From contig PAVW01000008.1 in assembly GCA_002713205.1 (NCBI GenBank), forward strand, positions 1 to 20,995: a DNA stretch of 20,995 nt, in the 5' to 3' direction. Positions 15,322 to 20,995 of this stretch are shown in pieces (within the stretch, counting starts at the first letter, position 1; each line of letters starts with the position of its first letter). The position numbers and the translations under genes are program-made. Origin of the DNA: Nitrososphaerota archaeon. Lineage in GTDB: Archaea > Thermoproteota > Nitrososphaeria > Nitrososphaerales > UBA57. The notes beneath the pieces were generated by a model. It was given only the letters and a program-made list of their open reading frames with translations. It was not told the DNA's origin and did not search any database.

Positions 15322-16916
15322 AAATATTATTTATTAATCCAGTAGTAAGATATTTCGATGAACCTCGTCATGTTCCATTAGGCATGCTTCAATTAATGGG
15401 CATACTAGAAAGGGATCATCCTAAAGTAAAATTTCAGTTGTATGATGCCAATGCATTTAGAATTGATAATATGGAAACTGGTGAAACAAAAGGATTAGAT
15501 CAAGTTCTGTCAGCAGAAGAGTTTGATGTTATTGCAATTGGAGGATTAATTACAGCGTATAGATATATTCGACAAGCCGTTAAAAGATGTAAACAATTAC
15601 AACCACATGCAAAGATAATTGCAGGTGGAGGTTTCTATACTGCAACACCATATGATATGATGGATCTTCTACAAGAAATTGATTATGGAGTAGTAGGAGA
15701 AGCGTATTTGACTCTGCCTGAACTTTTAACCGTAATAGATAAAAATGAAGAGCCTTCAAACGTAAAAGGAATTTTTTATCGTAAAGATGGAATAATAAAA
15801 TTTTCTGAACCAAGAGAATTAATTCCAGATATGGATTGGCTACCTTTTCCAGCATACAAATATGCACCACTTGAAATCTATTTCAAAAATTCTGGTATAT
15901 TAATGAGCGAAGTATCAATGACATCGCAAAAGAGACTAGATGCATGTATGAGTTTATCTTGTCCATTTCTTTGTAGGTTTTGTTGGGATTTAGGAATTAC
16001 ATCCAATACAAAAATGAAAGTTGTAGATGGAAAACCTGAACCAGTGACAGGTAGACCTGGAAGAGACAGTATAATTAGGCAGCATTCACCTGAATATTTT
16101 GCAAAATATATCAAACATCTACGGGATGATTATTTAGAAATTCCTAGTGATGATAATGGCAATGGTATTGGAAGTCCTGTTGATTTTATAGCATTAGTTG
16201 ATGAAAATGTTGTAGCTCATGATGCTCAAACTGGATTTACATGGTTAAAAGGCATAAAGGAAGAATTATGGAAACAGGATCTTGTTCCAAATTGTGTAAA
16301 AAAAGGAGTTCCTCATGATTCAAAAATTTGTGATGGGCCACATTTTGGAGGTGCCAGTCATGCTGGTCTAGTGAATAAAGAGATGTTAAAAACTTTGAAA
16401 GATATTGGTTTTACTTATTTGGATTATGGTCTTGAGCATTGGGATCGTAAAATACTAAAAAATCTTGGTAAAGGTACTACACTAGAAGCTAATGCAAGAT
16501 GTATTCAATGGACATTAGAATCAGGAATTAGTCCTATTCCAAATCAAATAATTATGTTTCCAGAAGAAGATTGGGATACACTAAATACAATGATAGATGC
16601 GTGGGAAAAATACAATATAGTTAGTACTCCGTTTATTTGTACACCATATCCAGGTTCAGAGTGGTACATAACATACAAAGACCTCATTCTACAACAATAC
16701 AATAATAATTTAGAATCATTCATACTGGATTTAGAAGATGCAACGAAGGTTACAGCATTACTGACAAAAGATTTTTCTCCAGCAGAGGCTGTAGGTATAC
16801 AAAATATTATGTCTCAAGCTGCAAGAACAGGAGATTTTAAGAATGCAAGAAGGTTATTGGCAATTTCGAAGAGAATGCATGAATCTCGTTTAAGTTTGGC
16901 CATGAGTACAAAGTAG
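15318..16916 (+). CDS. B12-binding-domain radical SAM protein (class B architecture; putative methylase)
   Basis: 532 aa. The N-terminal Rossmann-like cobalamin-binding-type domain has KILFINP, FDVIAIGGLITAYRYI and AKIIAGGGF. It is followed by SLSCPFLCRFCW (CxxxCxxC). ATGA overlap with the DUF115 gene at 15318-15321. Confidence 0.85.
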   Translation: MKILFINPVVRYFDEPRHVPLGMLQLMGILERDHPKVKFQLYDANAFRIDNMETGETKGLDQVLSAEEFDVIAIGGLITAYRYIRQAVKRCKQLQPHAKIIAGGGFYTATPYDMMDLLQEIDYGVVGEAYLTLPELLTVIDKNEEPSNVKGIFYRKDGIIKFSEPRELIPDMDWLPFPAYKYAPLEIYFKNSGILMSEVSMTSQKRLDACMSLSCPFLCRFCWDLGITSNTKMKVVDGKPEPVTGRPGRDSIIRQHSPEYFAKYIKHLRDDYLEIPSDDNGNGIGSPVDFIALVDENVVAHDAQTGFTWLKGIKEELWKQDLVPNCVKKGVPHDSKICDGPHFGGASHAGLVNKEMLKTLKDIGFTYLDYGLEHWDRKILKNLGKGTTLEANARCIQWTLESGISPIPNQIIMFPEEDWDTLNTMIDAWEKYNIVSTPFICTPYPGSEWYITYKDLILQQYNNNLESFILDLEDATKVTALLTKDFSPAEAVGIQNIMSQAARTGDFKNARRLLAISKRMHESRLSLAMSTK

Positions 16917-16955
16917 AAATTATTTGTAATTATATTATTTTAATAATTCAAAAAA

Positions 16956-17999
16956 TTAATCTGAAATATATGAAACATTTTCAATACAGCTCTTACAAGC
17001 AGGATTTTTAGTATAGTCCCCATTTTTATGCATCTCACGCAATTTTTTCATTTTTTCAGAGTTCCAAATCTCACCTAATGATTCTTTTTTCCAGTTACCC
17101 ATAACTAAATCAACTGCATAAAAACTACAACACCCTAAGACATCACCATTTCCTCTTAGTGTCATTCTCTTAAATGGTTCAGGACAATGAAATTTTTTTG
17201 GTGGCTGTCGAGTATTTTCTAAAGCTATCTCATCTTTTTTTGAAGGATCCTTAAATTTTCCATCACCAAATGGGTCTAATAACCTTTGAGCACCTAAGCT
17301 ATCAACCCTATCTTTCCAATAGTCTACAAATTGATCATATTCATGATCATTTATCTTCGATCTAACAAAACTTAAGCGTAATTTTGGTAATTTTGATTTC
17401 ATATTTTTTCTTATTTCCATAAAATCATGAATGTTCTTTACTGTAGCTTTAAGATTTCCACCTACACGAATCTTTTCATATGTTTCTTCAGTTACCGCAT
17501 CTAATGAAATATTAATTTTTGTGAGTCCAGATTCTATTAGTTTTTTCGACATTTCTTTAGTCAGTAATGTACCATTAGTAGTTATTATAACATCTAAAAT
17601 TCCAACGTCAGATGCATATTTAATAAATTGATCAATATCTTGGCGAATTAACGGTTCATTAATGTAACAAAGTCTAATAGATTTTGTACCTTGTGATACA
17701 GCTTCTTTTATTAATTTTTTATAATCTTCAAAAGTAAACCAATCTTCCTTTTTTTCAACTGTAGTTTCCGTAGACCAGGTACACATTGGACATCTCAAAT
17801 TACACGAATAATTCAACTCAAGCTCTAAATGGGAAGGATATTTTGTCTCAATTTCCAATCGTGAACACTTTTCCCAATTCTCTCTATACGAATTCCAGCG
17901 TTCAGCACCTTTAGAGTCAATAAAATCTTTCTCATATTCATCAGTAAAATAAAGATTTTCTGAAAATCCACCATCAAAACTTTTTTTTCCTTTAATCAA
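16956..17999 (-). CDS. Radical SAM protein with partial SPASM / twitch-type C-terminal auxiliary-cluster domain
   Basis: 347 aa with a TTG start (a TAA lies immediately upstream in frame). YSCNLRCPMCTW gives CxxxCxxC. The C-terminus HCPEPFKRMTLRGNGDVLGCC ... MGNWKKESLGEIWNS ... ACKSCIENVSYISD gives C-X12-G-X4-C ... C-X2-C, and then the protein ends. Confidence 0.85.
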   Translation of the reverse strand: MIKGKKSFDGGFSENLYFTDEYEKDFIDSKGAERWNSYRENWEKCSRLEIETKYPSHLELELNYSCNLRCPMCTWSTETTVEKKEDWFTFEDYKKLIKEAVSQGTKSIRLCYINEPLIRQDIDQFIKYASDVGILDVIITTNGTLLTKEMSKKLIESGLTKINISLDAVTEETYEKIRVGGNLKATVKNIHDFMEIRKNMKSKLPKLRLSFVRSKINDHEYDQFVDYWKDRVDSLGAQRLLDPFGDGKFKDPSKKDEIALENTRQPPKKFHCPEPFKRMTLRGNGDVLGCCSFYAVDLVMGNWKKESLGEIWNSEKMKKLREMHKNGDYTKNPACKSCIENVSYISD

Positions 18000-18094
18000 T
18001 TAGAAAAATATTAAATTTTAGATATTTAATGGTTGAGTCATAATAAAGAATATAATTTTAGAATACTACTGAATTAGTGAACTACTCTGAGGTG

Positions 18095-19003
18095 TTATTT
18101 TTTTAATGCCTTCATATGAAGATAACCTTCATTGAATAAAATTTTAGCCAAATCTGATTCATAATTGTGATATAGCGGGCTCAAAAATTGTCTAATGTTG
18201 TTAAATTTTGGATATCTTGTTAATCTTTTAATATCTACAAATCCGTTATTTTCTAGCCAGTTTACAACATCATCTATTGGCGTTTCGTCATAAATCGGTG
18301 TTTGTATTCGATCTTTTATTGTTAAAATTAAATCATTATCAATCAATGATGTAATTGTATCTAAAGGAATTTTATTTATTATCGGTTCATCATGTTTTTC
18401 TAATTCAGTATATATCAAGTTAAGCGATTCCATAATTTTTTGTTCGGTTAAATTATCTATCAATGATTTAAAATTCAAATTTTTTGTATATTCATTTCTA
18501 AGCACTTTAGTTATTTGTGAAAAAAGTCCACCAGCTCCAAATATTGAAAAATATAATGTGCCCCCATGTTTTGTCACTCTCGATAATTCTGAAAGCCCAC
18601 CAAACAAATCTGTTGTACTATGCAAAACACCGTTACAATACACAAAATCAAAGAAATTATCTTCATATGGAATATCTAAAACACTTCCACTTTTTAATTC
18701 ATATTTTCCTTCAAATTTTTTCAAAAATTTTTGTGCTGTTTCTATAAATGATGGTTCAACATCTAAATCAAATGCATGAACTTTTTTTGCTCCCAAATTT
18801 ATTAACGCTCTGGTTCCGTTTACATTTGAACCACATCCTGCATCTAAACAAATTTTATCATTAAAGAATGATTCATCTACCTGAAAGAATTCATGAGAAA
18901 TCATTGAGGTTATTCTATCATATATGGATTCATCATTTCCTTGTTCACAATGAATTTCGTGATAAACTTCTCTTGTTCGTTTTTCGATTTCTTCAGAATC
19001 CAT
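18095..19003 (-). CDS. Class I SAM-dependent methyltransferase
   Basis: 302 aa. Motif I is ICLDAGCGSNVNGTRAL; post-I is KVHAFDLD; also FDFVYCNGVLHS and KHGGTLYFS. It is co-directional with, and 95 nt upstream of, the SPASM radical SAM gene. Confidence 0.85.
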   Translation of the reverse strand: MDSEEIEKRTREVYHEIHCEQGNDESIYDRITSMISHEFFQVDESFFNDKICLDAGCGSNVNGTRALINLGAKKVHAFDLDVEPSFIETAQKFLKKFEGKYELKSGSVLDIPYEDNFFDFVYCNGVLHSTTDLFGGLSELSRVTKHGGTLYFSIFGAGGLFSQITKVLRNEYTKNLNFKSLIDNLTEQKIMESLNLIYTELEKHDEPIINKIPLDTITSLIDNDLILTIKDRIQTPIYDETPIDDVVNWLENNGFVDIKRLTRYPKFNNIRQFLSPLYHNYESDLAKILFNEGYLHMKALKK

Positions 19004-19044
19004 TGTTAATTAAATCCAGACCAAGCCACCAACTTAAAAAAGTA

Positions 19045-19153
19045 TCAAAAATGGTAAAACTTGTTAAAATATTATTTCCCTAAAACTTCTAATTTCAGGT
19101 AACGTATAATTGGTGATTAAAATTTTAACCAAACCACACCATCGTTAAATCCT
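19045..19153 (-). pseudogene. Stump (leader plus ~29 codons, in-frame TAA at codon 23) of a diverged homologue of the gene at 2511
   Basis: The reverse complement of 19045-19153 aligns without gaps to 2490-2598 (hand count: 94/109 identical). It translates from TTG (19132-19130) as VKILITNYTLPEIRSFREIIF*QVLPFL, versus FKILVSHYALPEIRSFRTLIFEQVLPFL for the intact gene. Confidence 0.8.
19045..19153 (-). repeat. Right arm of the ~109-bp inverted repeat (decayed copy)
   Basis: See the left arm. There are 15 substitutions and no indels over 109 nt in my hand alignment. Similarity ends abruptly at both borders. Confidence 0.85.
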
Positions 19154-19193
19154 GTAGATTTTTTACAAAAAACATTACCGTATAATCAAATGT

Positions 19194-19203
19194 ATTATAT
19201 TTA
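19194..19203 (+). promoter_or_regulatory. TATA-like box upstream of gmd
   Basis: attatattta lies 27-36 nt upstream of ATG 19230, with no purine-rich SD between them. Confidence 0.45.
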
Positions 19204-19229
19204 CCGTTCTTAGTTAAAATCATAATATC

Positions 19230-20321
19230 ATGAAGCGTGCTCTAATAACAGGTATTACTGGCCAAGATGGGGCTTATCTAGCAGATTTATTATTAAAAAA
19301 GGGTTACAAAGTCTTTGGTACATTTAGACGAACATCAACGCCTAATTTTTGGAGATTGCAGAATCTAGGAATATATTCTCAAATAAAACTAATCCCTGCA
19401 GATTTACTTGACATGGGTTCTATGATAGAAGCAATCAAGGTTTCTGATGCTGATGAAATATATAATTTAGCGGCTTCTAGTTTTGTCGGTACATCATTTG
19501 AACAATCAGTTGGAAATGCTGAAATCACAGGTCTTGCTGTTACAAAACTTTTAGAAACAATAAGATTTCTTAATGAAGATATAAAATTTTACCAAGCATC
19601 AAGTAGTGAAATGTATGGTGATAACAAATTTATATTTCAAAATGAGAAAACACCATTTATGCCATCTAGCCCATATGGAATTGCAAAACTTTATGCTCAT
19701 TGGATTACTGATATTTACAAAAAATCGTACAACATGTTCGCTGTTAATGGAATATTATTTAACCATGAATCGCCTCTTCGTGGACTAGAATTTGTTTCAA
19801 GAAAAATTACTAATGGTGTAGCAGAAATTTTTCTGGATCGAAAAAAGGAATTGGTTTTAGGGAATCTACAGGCAAAGAGAGATTGGGGATATGCACCTGA
19901 GTATATGGAAGCCGTACATTCAATGCTTCAACAAGATAAGCCAGATACTTTTGTAATCAGTACTGGTGAAACACATAAAGTTCAAGATTTTGTCAAGTTA
20001 GCATTTGACCTGGTTGGATTAAACTGGAAAAAATATGTTAAAACTGATAAACGCTTCTTTCGTCCGTTAGAAGTTAATTATTTACGCGGAAATAACAAGA
20101 AAGCAAAAAGTAAACTGGGTTGGAAACCAAAAATAACTTTTGAAAAACTTGTAAAGATTATGCTAGATGAAGACATAAAAAGATGGAAAATGTTTTTGGA
20201 CGGCAAAACATTTCCTTGGGATGCACCTCTTTATCCTAGTGAATCAAAATTTATTACCAGACTTAGTGATGAAAATAAAAAAATGAAATTAACCCATTCA
20301 CACTCAAAAAAGAAAAAATAG
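19230..20321 (+). CDS. gmd: GDP-mannose 4,6-dehydratase
   Basis: 363 aa. KRALITGITGQDGAYLADLLLKKGYKVFGTFRRTSTPNFWRLQNL, YQASSSEMYG, SPYGIAKLYAHW (YxxxK), NGILFNHESPLRG and RDWGYAPEYMEA are near-canonical Gmd blocks. It has a Lys-rich C-terminal tail. Confidence 0.92.
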   Translation: MKRALITGITGQDGAYLADLLLKKGYKVFGTFRRTSTPNFWRLQNLGIYSQIKLIPADLLDMGSMIEAIKVSDADEIYNLAASSFVGTSFEQSVGNAEITGLAVTKLLETIRFLNEDIKFYQASSSEMYGDNKFIFQNEKTPFMPSSPYGIAKLYAHWITDIYKKSYNMFAVNGILFNHESPLRGLEFVSRKITNGVAEIFLDRKKELVLGNLQAKRDWGYAPEYMEAVHSMLQQDKPDTFVISTGETHKVQDFVKLAFDLVGLNWKKYVKTDKRFFRPLEVNYLRGNNKKAKSKLGWKPKITFEKLVKIMLDEDIKRWKMFLDGKTFPWDAPLYPSESKFITRLSDENKKMKLTHSHSKKKK

Positions 20322-20330
20322 GTTAATTTT

Positions 20331-20995
20331 ATGAATACAGATGAAATTACTAATTCAAGACAAAAGTTTGCTAAAATTACTAGTTGTAGGGTATGCCAAA
20401 ATCCAAATCTAGTTCAAATTCTCTCATTGGGCAGTCAGTTCATTTCAAATTATGTTGATGAAAAATTTGTTCATTCTGATGGTGATAAGGTACCACTAGA
20501 TTTAGTACTATGCCCAGAAAACACTGGTGGCTGTGGTTTGCTCCAATCAAAACATACAGCTTCACGTGAACTGTTATATCGAGAATATTGGTTTAGATCT
20601 GGACTTAACGAATCCATGAAATCAGCTTTAAAGGATGTCACCAAAAGTGTTGAACAAATAATTTCTTTAACACCTGAAGATTTGGTTTTGGATATTGGTT
20701 GTAATGATGGAAGTTTACTTCGATCTTATGATGCTAATGTGATCAAAGTAGGTTTTGAACCTGCTTCTAATCTTATCAACGAAGCACAAGTCGGTACAAA
20801 TTTTATCCTGAATGATTTTTTTAACAGTGATAAGTTTAATGAAAACTTTCCAGAAAAAAAATGTAAAGTAATTACAAGCATTGCCATGTTTTATGATTTA
20901 GATAATCCAAACAGATTTGTTGGAGATGTAGCAAAATGCCTTCACCGTGACGGTATATGGATCATTCAAATGGCATACTTGATACCAATGTTAAA
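20331..20995 (+). CDS. NDP-hexose C-methyltransferase, TylCIII-like (Zn-ribbon Methyltransf_13 plus SAM domain), 3'-truncated by the window edge
   Basis: Not in the ORF track because no stop is reached. ATG 20331, 9 nt after the gmd stop, is open to nt 20995. It reads MNTDEITNSRQKFAKITSCRVCQNPNLVQILSLGSQFISNYV...PLDLVLCPENTGGCGLLQSKHTASRELLYREYWFRSGLNESM...LVLDIGCNDGSLL...ITSIAMFYDLDNP. The C-x2-C ... C-x5-C zinc-binding N-domain, the YWFRSG block and the DIGCNDG SAM motif are typical of sugar C-methyltransferases. Confidence 0.8.
   Translation, partial: MNTDEITNSRQKFAKITSCRVCQNPNLVQILSLGSQFISNYVDEKFVHSDGDKVPLDLVLCPENTGGCGLLQSKHTASRELLYREYWFRSGLNESMKSALKDVTKSVEQIISLTPEDLVLDIGCNDGSLLRSYDANVIKVGFEPASNLINEAQVGTNFILNDFFNSDKFNENFPEKKCKVITSIAMFYDLDNPNRFVGDVAKCLHRDGIWIIQMAYLIPML

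Noticed and set aside
11202-17988. Homopolymeric A/T tracts at gene 5' ends (A9 at 14274-14282, T8 at 11202-11209, T8 at 17981-17988) as slipped-strand phase-variation switches, as in Campylobacter maf genes
   Set aside because: They encode Lys-rich N-termini (MKKK, MRKKN, IKGKKS), and runs of 8-9 A/T are expected frequently in DNA this AT-rich. There is no evidence of length heterogeneity from a single sequence.
14271-19003. Radical-SAM / methyltransferase / DUF115 block as an anti-phage defence system (for example viperin-like)
   Set aside because: No nuclease, helicase/ATPase, TIR/SIR2, toxin or sensor-like gene accompanies them. The rSAM architectures (B12 domain; SPASM/twitch) differ from viperin-like enzymes. 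The block is physically coupled to the CMP-NulO synthetase, so a biosynthetic tailoring role is much more likely.
2490-19153. Inverted repeats as the termini of a transposon/IS/MITE-like mobile element
   Set aside because: The repeat is the leader plus N-terminal coding sequence of a resident gene, not a terminal inverted repeat. No transposase, integrase or target-site duplication is visible, and the cargo is an ordinary biosynthetic pathway.
15580-19788. Tracked ORFs 15580-15870(-), 15878-16114(-), 17431-17631(+), 18517-18747(+), 18558-18779(+), 18868-19083(+) and 19606-19788(+)
   Set aside because: They are antisense or out of frame within the radical-SAM, methyltransferase and gmd genes. 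ORF 18868-19083 additionally runs antisense through the gene stump and owes its 3' part to that stump.
1-20995. Search for tRNA, rRNA, CRISPR arrays, tandem repeats and riboswitch-like GC-rich structured segments
   Set aside because: No GC-rich cloverleaf-sized segment, no regularly spaced direct repeats and no extended non-coding stretch was seen. The largest spacers are 226, 196 and 170 bp. All spacers look like AT-rich promoter regions except for the gene stump reported above.

Overview
Very AT-rich, tightly packed window with 20 recognisable protein-coding genes (two cut by the window edges), one possible 54-codon small ORF and one gene stump. I see no rRNA, tRNA, CRISPR array, transposase or integrase. 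Every recognisable product belongs to cell-surface glycan biosynthesis. Left: a 5'-truncated GT4-type glycosyltransferase and a Wzx-like flippase. Centre (about 2.5-19 kb): a nonulosonic-acid (NulO; legionaminic/pseudaminic-type, sialic-acid-like) module. It has a PseB/PglF-like 4,6-dehydratase, two DegT aminotransferases, a NeuC-like hydrolysing 2-epimerase, a compact NeuB-like synthase lacking the SAF domain, and a CMP-NulO synthetase. It also carries an unusually rich tailoring set: PIG-L deacetylase, formyltransferase, NodU-type carbamoyltransferase, Gfo/Idh/MocA oxidoreductase, B12-domain radical SAM, SPASM/twitch radical SAM and a class I methyltransferase. Two proteins are candidate NulO transferases (an HP-motif GT-B protein and a DUF115/Maf-like protein). 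Right: GDP-mannose 4,6-dehydratase followed by a 3'-truncated TylCIII-type sugar C-methyltransferase. TATA-like boxes centred about 24-31 nt upstream of start codons, scarce Shine-Dalgarno sites, TTG starts and the composition suggest an AT-rich archaeon; a Nitrosopumilus-like thaumarchaeon is my guess (inference only). The most unexpected observation is that the leader plus first ~29 codons of the gene at 2511 occur a second time, inverted and decayed (in-frame TAA), at 19045-19153. About 109-bp inverted repeats therefore bracket the whole ~16.6-kb NulO module, as a recombination scar or a possible inversion/cassette-exchange substrate. Radical-SAM/B12 tailoring of a nonulosonic acid would, if real, be undescribed chemistry.
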